Assembly: GCA_030390025.1 (NCBI GenBank)
Contig: CM059432.1
Coordinates: 26,476,001 to 26,540,000, forward strand
DNA length: 64,000 bases
Reading direction: 5' to 3'
Source: Squalus acanthias
Taxonomy: Eukaryota
The notes beneath the pieces are model-generated. The model was not told the DNA's origin and made no database searches. It saw nothing but the letters and a program-made list of their open reading frames with translations. The position numbers and the translations under genes were made by a program. Shown piece by piece: positions 38,053 through 50,225 of this stretch (position 1 is the stretch's first letter; each line of letters starts with the position of its first letter).

Positions 38053-38719
38053 AAATTGGAACTCCATTTTCTGCTGAGAAAACAGGCACAATGAGGGCCA
38101 ATTTTGATTAAATGACATACACAAGCATAGAATGCACAGTAAGATACAGATATAGCACAATAATCAAACTTCCATAACATGTGAACATGGCCCGACTTTC
38201 CATAAACAAGAAAAGACAGAGTCTAAAATCCTTGCTACTTTTCACAGCAAACTCTTGATAACAAAAGTCTTTGACAGTGATTTTATGTGACAACTGCTTA
38301 TCGAGCTTCCATTCTACACTTCTCATAAAGGTTTGGAGAAATAGAAGACGAAAGAACACAAGAGAGTCATTAGGTTATCTTTCCTTTGAAGATTAAATGA
38401 TTTCTTCTCAATGGGAAGACAACCATAATGTTAACTCATTTTATCACCTTCAAAGACAAGTGGAAATGGCTCAAACAGGGGCTTCTAAAAGAGCTAATAT
38501 TCTATTTTTGGCACCTGACAGCAATTGGAAAACACAATTCTGTCTGTGTGCCTGAATTAAAATTAGCGTATAAAATACTCCTTGCCCCTCAAGGTACCTG
38601 TCATCTGATTAATTCTGGATCAAAAATTCTATTTTCATCACAATCCTTTCTCAATCATTTGGTAAGCTCCTGCCTTTTCTGTATTATAGAATGTGTTTTT
38701 TCTATCCCTCAACCAACAT

Positions 38720-38905
38720 AACAAAAACAGATTATCTGGTCATTATCGCATTGCTGTTTGTGGGACTTTGCTGTGCGCAATTTGGCTGCCACGTTTCCCA
38801 CATTACAACAGTGACTACACTTCAAAAGTACTTCATTGGTTGTAAAGCGCTTTGAGACGTCTGGTGGTCGTGAAAGGCGCTATATAAATGCAAGTCTTTT
38901 TCTTT
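38720..38905 (+). mobile_element. SacSINE1-like 3' half
   Basis: aaacagattatctggtcatt...aaaggcgctatataaatgcaagtc. Confidence 0.85.
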
Positions 38906-40311
38906 ACAAAAAGTTAAAATTAGGTGGTTCATTAGAGCAGGATTGTCCAATCTTTGGCATATACCAGATCCCATACATAAAAATACAAGACCCCCATATA
39001 CAAGACCTCCATACACAGAAAACGTGAGCCCCCCACCCCCCCATGCACTGCATCCTTCTCCCTCCCTCCCCCAATCATCTCCCTTCCTTTTTCCTATTCT
39101 GTCCTTGCCTGAAGCTTGAAATTTGGAACCTTTAGCTGTCTAAAGTTCCTGGGACCAGAGGGCTGGTAAGGATTGATTCCTGAATGACTGTAATCCTTAA
39201 ACTGATTATTATTTGTTCAGAAGATTCTTTAGTGGTAATTTTTTGAGTCCGCAATGAACGTCGAGAAGCCTCACCCACAGCAGTGCATATTAGAAATGCA
39301 GTCGTGTACTGCCATGATATTCTGGACAGTGCAGAATCATAAAATTACTCCTTATATTTAATACATATAAGAATAGTATCTAAGTACCCACATATTAAGA
39401 AATGGTACACGTTCCATAACTGCACTCCAACAAGTGGCTCATCTCCGGCCAAAAATTGGTACTTTTTTCCCCATTTTCCACCTGGAAAACGGGTGTAATG
39501 AGGCCCAATTTCTACCCCATACTGTGTCCCTTCATCATCACTAGGTCAAAGCCCTGAAATTCCCTATCTAGCATTATCATGGGAGCACCATCACCAACAG
39601 GGGATGGGCAATAATGTGGCTTTGCGAGTGCCGTCCACATCCTAAGAATAAATAATATAAAGTGTAAAAGCTGAGTAAAAGTATACACTTACAATAGATT
39701 TTAAGGAAGATGTGACTTTTTACAAACTAGTGAGAATGATCATATATAATTAACAGGACAGTAATATCGAGCTATGTTAATAAATAACACCGGCATTTCC
39801 GCATCATGAATAAATTACTTGGGATGAAGCAAGCCACCTTCTATTTGCATACATTAAGAAAATAAAATCCAAGGGTTACAGGCACAGTTCGTATGCCAGA
39901 AACTCCAGAAAAAAATTGAAAGTGTAGGACACAGGACCATCTCACAGAAATGACTCTACCCTGTCTTTTTTTTTAAATCGGCATTGGGCATTAATATACA
40001 GTTAAAAGATCAATAGTTCATTTCATCAGTAGATAGTGTGATGGTATTTGCTGCAATTGCGAAACACTGAAATTGATCTTCAAAATGAAGATTCACTGCA
40101 AAAGTTCTTCACATGGTCCGTCTCTTACCATCAACCAATAAGGACAAACTAGTTGGGCCTAATGATTTTATTTTATCTGCCCCTAAAATTAGTTTCTAAA
40201 TGGAAGGAGGGGAGCTTGCTATTTTTTTATTTAAGATTTTCAGCAGTAAAAAAGATGGAAAACCAATAAAAACAAATATAAAGAAAATCGCACAAAGGGT
40301 TCTCTGGTAAT

Positions 40312-41737
40312 CATAAGAACATAAGAAATAGGAGCAGGTGTAGGCCATTTGGCCCTTCGAGCCTGCTCCACCATTCAATAAGATCATGGCTGATCTTCTA
40401 CCTCATCTCCACTTTCCTGAACTATCCCCATATCCCTTGATTCCCTTAATATCCAAAAATCTATCGATCTCTGTCTTGAATATACTCAATGACTGAGCCT
40501 CCACAGCCCTCTTGGGTAGAGAATTCCAAAGATTCACCACCTTCAGTGAAGAAATTTCTCCTCATCTCAGTCCTAAATGGCCGACCCCTTATTCTGAGAC
40601 TGTGACCCTTGGTTCTAGACTCCCCAGCAGGGGAAACATCCTCCCTGCATCTACCCTGTCAAGCCCTGTAAGAATTTTGTATGTTTCAATGAGATCACCT
40701 CTCATTCTTCTAAACTCCAGAGGATATAAGCCTAGTCTACTCAATCTCTCCTCATAGGACAATCCCCCATCCCAGGAATCAGTCTGGTGAACCTTCATTG
40801 CACGTCCTCTATGGCAAGTATATCCTTCCTTAGGTAAGGAGACCCAAAACTGTACACAATACTCCAGGTGTGGTCTCACTAGGCCCTTATATAATTGCAG
40901 TTAGACGTCTTTATTCTTATACTCAAATCATCTCGAAATAAAGGCCAACATACCATTTGCTTTCCTAATTGCTTGCTGTACCTGCATGTTAACTTTCAGT
41001 GATTCGTGTACAAGGACACCCAGGTCCCTCCTAAACACCAACATTTCCCAATCTCTCACCATTTAAAAAATACTCTGCTTTTCTATTTTTCCTACCAAAG
41101 TGGATAACTTCATATTTCTCCACCTTATATTCCATTTGCCATGTTCTTGCCCACTCACTTAGCCTGTCTATATCCCCTTGAAGCTCCTTGCATCCTCCTC
41201 ACAACTTACATTCCCACCCAGCTTTGTATCATCAGCAAACTTGGATACATTACATTTGGTCCCCTCATCCAAATCATTGATATAGATTGTGAATAGCTGA
41301 GGTCCAAGCACTGATCCTTGTGGTACCCCACTAGGTGCAGCCTGCCAACCTGAAAATGACCCGTTTATTCCTACTCTCTGTTTTCTGTCTGTTAACCAAT
41401 CCTCAATCCATGCTAGTATATTACCCCCAATCCCATGAGCCCTAATTTTGTTTAATAACCTCTTGTATGGTACCTTATCGAATGCCTTCTGAAAATCCAA
41501 ATACACCACATCCACTGGTTCCCCCTTATCTATTCTGCTAGTTACAACCTCAAAAAACTCTAACAGATTTGTCAAACACGATTTCCCTTTCATAATACCA
41601 TGTCGACTCTGCCCAATCCTATTATTATTTCTAAGTGCCCTGTTACCACTTCCTTAATAATAGATTCAAGCATTTTCCCTACTACTGATGTCAGGCTAAC
41701 TGGTCTGTAGTTCCCCGTTTTCTCTCTCCTTCCCTTC
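40312..41737 (-). mobile_element. 5'-truncated CR1
   Basis: ORFs 41168-41593 (FQKAFDKV, GVPQGSVLGP, FADD) and 40589-40879; tail cataagaacataag. Confidence 0.93.
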
Positions 41738-42780
41738 ATAGGAACAAGAACATAAGAAATAGGAGTAGGAATAGGCCACTTGGCCCCTCGAGCCTGCTCC
41801 GCCATTCAATAAGATCATGGCTGATCTCGGGCTCAAAGCCACTTCCCAGCCCGCTCCCCATAACCCTTCACTCCCTTATCTTGCAAAAATTTGTCTATCT
41901 CCACTTTAAATGTATTGAATGACCCAGCCTCCACAGCTCTCTGCGGCAGAGAATTCCACAAATTTACGACCCTCTGAGAAAAGAAGTTCCTCCTCATCTC
42001 AGTTCTAAAAGGGCGACCCTTTATTCTGAGTCTGTGCCCCCGATTTCTAGATTTCTCCATGAGGGGAAACATCCTCTCTGCATCTACCTTGTCGAGCCCC
42101 CTCAGTATCTTATATGTTTCGATAAGATCACCTCTTATTCTTCTAAATTCCAATGAGTATAGGCCCAGCCTGCTCAACCTTTCCTCATAAGTCAAACCCC
42201 TCATCTCTGGAATTAACCTAGTGAATCGTCTCTGAACTGCCTCTAATGAAAGTATATCCTTCCTTAAATAAGGAGACTAAAACTGTACGCAGTACTCGAG
42301 GTGTGGTCTCACCAATACCCTGTACAGTTGTAGCAGGACTTCCCTGCTTTTATACTCCAACCCCCTTGAAATAAAGGCCAACATTCCATTTGCCTTTTTG
42401 ATTACTTGCTGTACCTACATGCTAACTTTTTGTGTTTCATGCACAAGGACCCCCAGGTCCCTCTGAACTGTAGCATTTTGTAATCTCTCTCTATTTAAAT
42501 AATAGTTTGCTTTTTTATTTTTCCTGCCAAAGTGGATACCCTCGCACTTTCCCACATTATACTCCATCTGCCAAATGTTTTCCCACTCACCTAGCCTGTC
42601 TATATCCCTTTGCAGATTCTTTGAGTCCTCTGCACAACTTGCTTTCTTAAATAGTGGGGTTATATTTGCTACTTTCCAATCCGCGGGAACCATTTCAGAA
42701 ATTATGGAATTTTGGAAAATGACAACCAATGCATCCACTATCTCTATAGCCAACTCTTTCAAAACCCGAGGATGCAAGTT
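41738..42780 (-). mobile_element. Second 5'-truncated CR1 directly abutting the first; large RT-core deletion at ~42640
   Basis: ITPLFKK is joined to ASCAEDSKNLQ; own 3' tail at 41738-41830. Confidence 0.9.
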
Positions 42781-43984
42781 AACAGTGAGCAGAAGAACAA
42801 GCATTTAGAGAACATTAGTACAAATATGAGGAACCAGCCCTAGCATCCATAGCACTGGTCTTCCCGCTGCAGTGTTTGAGGTATTACTGAATACTGAGTG
42901 AATACTGAGAGTTATAACTCAGTAATATGGATGGACCATGGGAAGAGTAACACAACCCCATGAAAGAACATTTATACAGATGCTAAAACTATCCCAAAAT
43001 ATTATTGTAAATGTACTGCCAGGTCCAACAAGTTCCTAAATTAAGGGTCTGGAAAACATTAAGGTAGCAAACCACTGCTCCAGTAGAAATAGCAAACGGG
43101 ATAGTTACCGATCCAAGATCACCACATAGACGCATAAACCCACAAATCCATCTATTCCCCTGCCCACCATCACATCTACAATCCAACAACTGTTCAGATT
43201 GATCAGTAGGCATTCTTTTTACAGAATCAGCAAATACCACATTTAAATCAATGCATTTGCCACCCAACCTTACGTTAGATAATTTGCAGAAGATCCAGAA
43301 AACCATCTCAATATTTTAATGAATGCTTTGACATGCAGAAATGAGAAAAAGAAGTGAAATGTCAAACTTCCTAATATATCAATGCCTGTCTTTAGTGCCT
43401 CTCACTCTGCGCTGATTTTAAATTTGAACTGTCTTTCACAGCGTTTGTTGGTCTCTGGAAACTCATTCCATTTCTCTTCAGCTCCTTTGAAATCTTACTC
43501 ATCTTGACCTGTCTTTTGCAAGGTTTCCTCCAAGGTTTATTTTTTGACACACCAGTGACACATTGAAATTTCATTTGACTCTGTTGGAAAAAAAGCAATT
43601 AATTTGCTTTGACATGGAATAATACTTTACGGACATAGGGTACTCTCAGAGTCTTCACAACACAGCAGTTCCGCTTGGCCCCAGAACTCTTCTCTGTCTG
43701 GTTTTATCTTTGTTTTTGATGGTGGGGGGTTCATTCTGTGCCAAGGTCAATGCAAATAGTGGATATCTACCAGTGATTAGAAGGCACTAAATACATCTCA
43801 AGGCTCATAGGACATCATAAATTACAACAGAAAAGGTGGAGTAGATTTTACCTATTATTGAACCTTGAGATTACTTTAACACTTTGACATTATTTTTTTG
43901 GGAAACCTGGATGAGGAGCCAAGGTCAACTGTGCAAGGTTGAAAAAAGAACAAGAGAAGATGAGGTAAATCAACGGGTAATGGT

Positions 43985-44220
43985 TTGCTCCAGCCACCTA
44001 GGCCCCATGCTCTGCAATTCCCTCCCTAAATCACTTTGCCTCTCTTCCCCCTCTTTAAGACTCTCCTTAGAACTCACCTCTTTCACCAAGTTTTTGGTCA
44101 CCCCCCTCCTAATATCTCCTTCTTTGGCTCGTCATCCATCTTTTTTGTTTATACCTTTGTGAGGCATCTTGGGACATTTTTCTACATTAAAGGTGCTTTA
44201 TAAATGCACCTTGTTGTTAT
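43985..44220 (+). mobile_element. Old L2 3' tail
   Basis: ctctgcaattccctccctaaa...aaaggtgctttataaatgcac. Confidence 0.75.
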
Positions 44221-44347
44221 GCCAAGTTTGGATTTTAAAAACCTGAAGATTGTAGGAGGAATGATAGTATGAGGGATGTAATGAATTTCATCGTTTTCAA
44301 GTACCGAGAAAGAAGAGGTTAGAGTAGAATATATTGCAACGAGTCTT

Positions 44348-44465
44348 GGGCCATAAATTTCCTGCTCCACCATTATAATTACGCCGGCAGTGCGATGAAA
44401 ATCCTGTTTACACACGTAAGTCTGCACTTCCAGTGAATTTATGGGGCAGGGGAAATTTCCAGCCT
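44348..44465. mobile_element. Small MITE
   Basis: ggccataaatttcctgctcc / ggggcaggggaaatttccagcc. Confidence 0.55.
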
Positions 44466-44589
44466 TGATTTTATGCAGTGAGGCGGGAGAAAGGGCATAT
44501 ATGTAGGGTGATGTAGTTGCAACTTAAGAGAAACAGGGAGAACAAGGTTTGGAGGAGTATTGATAAAGTACTGCTCTGTAAAATTCATA

Positions 44590-44945
44590 GGGGGTAATTT
44601 TGATTTTGGCCTATCGTGTAAAACGAGAGATATTGGATCAGCCGCCCGTTAGACATCTCTCCTGATTTTCATTTCCATTAATCGTTTCCAGAAACTTCCC
44701 CACAATTCATGCTGAGACCGAGCAGGGAGAAGTTTGCATTGGAGTCACCTTAGACCACAGCAATCCCACCAAAACCTGAGCGGAGCTGGCCTGACGCTTG
44801 CTCTGCTCATCGCTGGCCAACATTGCTGAGTGTTCCTTAGACAGGCGTTAGGCCCCTCATTAGCAGATGCAAGGGGCCTATCGCCTGTTTACAACAGCCG
44901 TCTGGGACACCTGAAAAATGGGTGCAATAAGAGCTATTTTACCCC
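44590..44945. mobile_element. MITE-like composite
   Basis: ggggtaattt...ttttacccc ends; left part similar to 56018-56100, right part similar to 37915-37985. Confidence 0.5.
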
Positions 44946-44994
44946 ATGCTTTAGAAAGTAGGTTAATATTATTTGTTAATTTACAGATATATAG

Positions 44995-45470
44995 AATACT
45001 CACCACTCGCCGAGATGAATGAAGCTGCAACACCACTAAAGAAGCTCAGGACAGAACAGTCTATCTGATCGGCACCCATAACACTGGGGTCAAAATCCAT
45101 CCCTTACACCACTGACAAGCTGTGCCTGCTGTATGTACTATTTACAGGATGCATCCCAGCAACTCACCGACCTAACTTTGATAGCACCTTCCAGCCCCAC
45201 AACCGTTACCACCAAGAAGAACAAGAGCAGCAATGTCCTGTGAACACCATCATCTCCAGGTTCCCCTCCAAGTCACAGACCATCCTGGCTTGGGCATAGG
45301 CCACCAATCCTTCATCGTCACTAAGTAACACCATTGTGGGAGAACTATTAGCACAAGAAGGCAGTGGTTCAAGGAGAAGACCCACCAGCACCTTCTCTGG
45401 GAAACTTGGGATGTGCAATAAATGCAACCTTGCCAGCATCGTCCACATCATGAGAACAAATTATTTAAAA
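44995..45470 (+). mobile_element. Old 3' fragment of the second CR1-group LINE family
   Basis: Colinear with 58405-58800 but more diverged. Confidence 0.7.
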
Positions 45471-46052
45471 AACTAACTTTTGAGTTCTAGCCTCACAAAA
45501 CGATCACCTCACCTGACACCATGGGCCCGATTTTAACAGCCCTTTGGAGGCGCGTCAGCTGCAAAAATCGGAAAAAATGGCTTCAGACACCCATCCCGCC
45601 CCCATCCCGCCCCCACCCGATTTTTGTGAGTGTCTGTTCAGCTGCTCCCAAACTGACCCAACTCCAACCGGTGACACAGGTAGTTAAGGCTGTTAAGAGC
45701 CTGTTAACTGCCTTGATAATCCTATTTTGATAGAGGTTTCCCATTTTCGTGCCTCTGGCTCCTGTTTCCCATCTTGTCAGAAACAGTCCTGCTGCAAGAA
45801 GACGAGTTGGTGGAGAACATGATCTGTCGTCATTATTGGTGCAGAACTTTAAAAGCACTACTGTAACATGGCTGGCATTCAAATGCAACAACTTTGTTGT
45901 TGGAGGTTTGGGTTAAGATTTTGCAAATCTACTGACCTTGTGACTGGTCAAACTGACACACATCTGCTGTTTGAACTGATTGGGATAATTTCAGGCCACT
46001 TCGACTGTGCGCTTGCAAGCTTCTTGCCTCAACTGAAATCTATAACAACGGG

Positions 46053-46285
46053 ATGGGAACCATTTACATCCCCTCATCCTGGTCGTCAGATTCAGAGGAA
46101 GAGCAGCGCGGCTTAGTGCTGCCGGATGAACAAGTGGCTCCACACACAGCCTCCTTGGAGGAAGAGGAAGGGGACGGGGAAGAGGACGGGGAAGAGGACG
46201 GGGAGTGACGCCTTGCGGGGCCGGATGTGGCCAATCCAGCAGCAGGCGACCACATTGCTGGCCGTCAGGCAAGGGATGCACTCAC
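46053..46285 (+). pseudogene. Probable Harbinger transposase remnant (N-terminus fused to acidic C-terminal tail; catalytic core absent)
   Basis: MGTIYIPSSWSSDSEEEQR ... EEEEGDGEEDGEEDGE*...HIAGRQARDAL, resembling the acidic stretch and G...RD.L ending of Harbinger transposases. Confidence 0.5.
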
Positions 46286-46489
46286 CCATGCCAGCTTCGC
46301 ATAAGCTTACACTTCAACCACAGGTGGCTGGCACATGGAGAGGAATATAAGTCCGACATTCTCAAAACCCCAGGCATCATCTCTCCAATAAATGATGATT
46401 TGCGGTCAGAGTCACCACCAACATTCTACATGGAAATCACCCTGAGCCCTCACTCTTCAACTTCCATTTCCCAGAACACAGAGGCCACA

Positions 46490-46748
46490 CTTTAGGTGAT
46501 CTCAGCAGATCATTAACCCTTTTTCCACACTGAACCCATGTGCGTCTGCACACAGACCTTGAGCTCACCTCCTCAGCAATTTGCAGCCAAGCTGCCTTGG
46601 TTTGCTGAGGAGGCCTCCTCCTTCCGTTTCCAGGGAAGAGGAATCCCTGACGTCCTCTGACTCCCTCAACAAGAGCATGGAGGGTGCCCTCATTGAACCT
46701 GGGTGCAGCCTTAGTTATTGGGGCTGTCGTTCCTGCAGCAGCCAGCAC
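46490..46748 (-). pseudogene. Harbinger Myb/SANT-like (trihelix) DNA-binding protein, open exon-sized frame
   Basis: AAPRFNEGTLHALVEGVRGRQGFLFP...TKAAWLQIAEEVSSRSVCRRTWVQCGKRVNDL; preceded by the minus-strand acceptor ttttttctcttctag. Confidence 0.85.
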
Positions 46749-47189
46749 CTAGAAGAGAAAAAAGCATTAATATTACTAAACCAATGATTGGAACAAATCT
46801 GGCATCTTTTTCATTTCATAGTCAGATAATAAAAAAATCATAAATATCTTTCTGGAATAATATGACCAGCAATTTCATTCATAAAGTTTTGTTCAGAGCA
46901 GACGCTGTCAACTCCCCTTTCTATATAATACAGCACCAATTCATCCCATTGACATTTTTTCCAAAGGGGACATGGCTACTTTAAATTTTCATTAAAACAA
47001 CGCGTCATGAGACCCGAGAAGCTGACAGCCTCGACACAATTGCCTGGAGGGACCCGCACGTCGGCCGTAACAAGGCCAATCAAGCCAAAATAGTAAGTGA
47101 TGGGAGGCGGCAGCCGGGAGCGGGTCGGAAAGCCGCCGAGCAGCGGGCCTGCCTTCAACCCGCCTCCTCCATTAAAATCGAGCCCCATA

Positions 47190-47500
47190 GGTCAGTGCAC
47201 TGTTAGTTTAGTTTGCTTCATGGCCCAATGCTAAATGCACTGTCCAGTGTAATAGTGAGCCGCGCAGAGCAGGTAGACTCTGGTCTGTGCTGAGTTTGCT
47301 GATCTCACCTAAGGCCATCAGTAGGAGATTTATAATTGTAACAGTCAGTGCCTCTGTTCAAAGGTGTATTAAAATTTCAGCCAGAGTTCCCTATTGGGAA
47401 ACGTAGGTTTGTGTGGGGATGCTATGAACTGGGCTTGCGTGTGATGTGCCCCACCCTCCTCGGTCAAACTGCTTGCTAATGGTCACTCTTCAGCATCACA
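47190..47500 (+). mobile_element. Ancient SINE (AmnSINE2-like)
   Basis: ctctggtctgtgctgagtttgctgatctca...cagccagagttcc. Confidence 0.45.
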
Positions 47501-47504
47501 CATA

Positions 47505-48885
47505 AAATCATAGAATGGTTACAGCACAGAAGGAGGCCATTCGGCCCATTGAGCCCATGCCAGCTCTCTGCAAGAGCACTTCAGCTAGTCCCACTCCCCC
47601 CTCCTTTCCCCGTAGCCCTTCAATTTCTTTCCTTCAGGTACTTATCCAATTCCCTCTTGAAAGCCACGATTGAATCTGCCTCCACCACCCTTTCAGGCAG
47701 TGCATTCCAGATCCTTACCACTTGCTGCGTAAAAAAGTTCTTCCTCATGTCTCTTCTGCCAATCACCTTAAATCTGTGTCCTCTGGTTCTCGACCCTTCC
47801 GCCAATAGGAACAGTTTCTCTCTATCTACTCTGTCTAGACCCCTCATGATTTTAAACACCTCTATCAAATCTCCTCGCAACCTTCTCTGCTCTAAGGAGA
47901 ACAACCCCAGCTTCTCCAGTCTATCCACGTAACTGAAGTCCCCCATCCCTGGAACCATTCTTGTAAATCTTTTCTGCACCCTCTCTAAAGCCTTCACATC
48001 CTTCCTAAAGTGCGGTGCCCAGAATTGGACACAATATTCTAGTTGAGGCCGAACCAGTGTTTTATAAAGTTTCATCATAACTTCCTTGCTTTTGTACTTT
48101 ATGCCTCTATTTATGAAGCCCAGGATCCCGTATGCTTTTTAAATCGCTTTCTCAACCTGCCCTGCCACCTTCAGTGATTTGTGGACATATACCCCAAAGT
48201 CTCTCTGTTCATACATCCGCTTTAGGATTGTACCTTTTAGTTTATATTTCCTCTCCTCATTCTTTCTACCAAAATGTATCACTTCACACTTTTCTGTATT
48301 AAATTTCATTTGCCACGTGTCCGCCCATTCCACCTGCCTGGCTATGTCCTCTTCAAGTCTATCACTATCCTCCTCACTGTTCACTATACTTCCATGTTTT
48401 GTGTCATCTGCAAATTTTGAAATTGTGCCTTGTACACCCAAGTCCAAGTCATTACTATATATCAAGAAAATCAGTGGTCCTAGTACCGACCCCTGGGGAA
48501 CACCACTGTGTACCTTCCTCCAGTCTGAAAAATAACTCTTCACCACTACTCTCTGTTTCCTGTCACTTAGCCAATTTTGTATCCATGCTGCCACTGCCCC
48601 TTTTATTCCATGGGCTTCAAATTTGCTGGCAAGCCTATTATGTGGCCTTTTGAAAGTCCATGTACACCACATCAACCGCATTGCCCTCATCAACCCTCTC
48701 TGTTACCTCATCAAAAAACTCAATCAAGTTAGTTAAACATGATTTGCCTTTGACAAATCCATGCTGGCTTTCCTTAATTAATCCATACTTGTCCAAGTGA
48801 CTGTTAATTTTGTCCCGGATTATCGTATCTAAAAGCTTCCCCACTACTGAGGTTAAACTGACTGGTCTGTTACACCCTTTTGTGA
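47505..48885 (-). mobile_element. 5'-truncated CR1
   Basis: ORFs 47620-48078, 48139-48693 and 48638-48870; tail atcatagaat. Confidence 0.92.
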
Positions 48886-49099
48886 ACGTTGGTTTACTTG
48901 GATGAGGTACCAGAGGGGTGCCAGTAGCTGGTGAGCCACACCCCTCAAGTTTCAGGACAGATGGGGAGGAAACTGAGGAAAAAAACATTCAGGCAGATTT
49001 TCCTCTTTAGCTTTTGAGCATAAAACATCGCCTGGGCACTGTGCATTGTGAAAAATCGGTCGGAAATGATGAGGCACATGACAGAGCTCACCCAATTTT

Positions 49100-49400
49100 C
49101 ATAGAATCATAGGAGGAGGCCATTGTACCTGTGCTGGCTCTTTGAAAGAGCTATCCAATTAGTCCCACTTCCCTGCCCTTTCCCCATAGTCCTGTAACTT
49201 TTTCCTTTCCAGGTATGTATCCAATTCCCTTTTGGAGGTTTCTATTGAATCTACTTCCACGCAGTACATTCCAGATCCTAACAACTCACTGCGTAAAGAA
49301 ATTTCTCCTCATCTTCTATCTGGTTCTTTCGCAAATTATCTTAAATCTGGGTCCTCTGATTACTGACCCTCCTGCCTGTGGAAACAGTTTCTCTCCATTT
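49100..49400 (-). mobile_element. CR1 3' tail inside a small MITE (48991-49480)
   Basis: catagaatcatag tail; the flanks aggcagattttcc / ggaaaacctgccc form a TIR pair. Confidence 0.65.
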
Positions 49401-49825
49401 AAATTAATCTTCCCTGCCCAACTTTCCTCTGTTCCCTCTGCCATGGGGATGCTTTATGCATTATGGGAAAACCTGCCCCTTTAAAAAAAATGGTATGTGA
49501 GTTACAAGGTGTCCGGCAATCTCTGTGGTAGCTTGTACAGTGTAACTACAGTGACAGCGCACTCGAGAGAAACAACGCTTATCTCTGCTCAGATGTTTAC
49601 CTCCCTAAAATGAAAAAAAATCCCTTTAGAAATGTATCCTTGAAAGCATCCAAATACCCTTTTAAAAAATGTATTTCCAATTTACTCAGCAGCGAAATGA
49701 CATTGAGGTATCATTTTTAAGATGGAAGATGAAAGTTCTATGGAAGTCATGCTGTCATCTGCCCTGGGGCAATAAATACATCAATATTTTAGATGCTAAG
49801 CTGTTACCAATAACATTAAGTCTGC

Positions 49826-50030
49826 CACAACAACTTGCAATTATATAGCACCTTTGCTATGAAGATACATCCCAGAGGTAGAGAATGGCACTGATCAGCA
49901 ATTGGGAGAAGGGAAGGTGACTGAAGACCATGTCAAAGAGATAGTTTTTGAAGAGGCTTTTGAAGGTGGGGAGAGATGAAACAAAGCAGAACGGTTTTGG
50001 AAGAGAATTCCAGACTGAAAGATGATGCCA
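49826..50030 (-). mobile_element. Old L2 3' tail
   Basis: acaacaacttgcaattatatagcaccttt. Confidence 0.65.
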
Positions 50031-50225
50031 GGCTCCTCCACCAAAACAATTCAGAATCAGAATAATGGAAGGCGTCAGCAGAAACAGAAAAGGGTGCAGA
50101 GGTAATCAATGTAGCGGGTGATGTGGAGCTCGTGTAGTTTACGTAGTATGGGATAAAATGTGGAATGTGCAGTTCTGGATGAGTGTGATTTTATATAAGG
50201 TGGGGCCTGTGAGCAGAGCATTGAA

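Larger units (their letters stand above)
45523..47186. mobile_element. PIF/Harbinger deletion derivative (1.66 kb)
   Basis: TIR gggcccgattttaa / ttaaaatcgagccc; carries convergent Myb-like gene (-) and transposase-end remnants (+). Confidence 0.85.
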
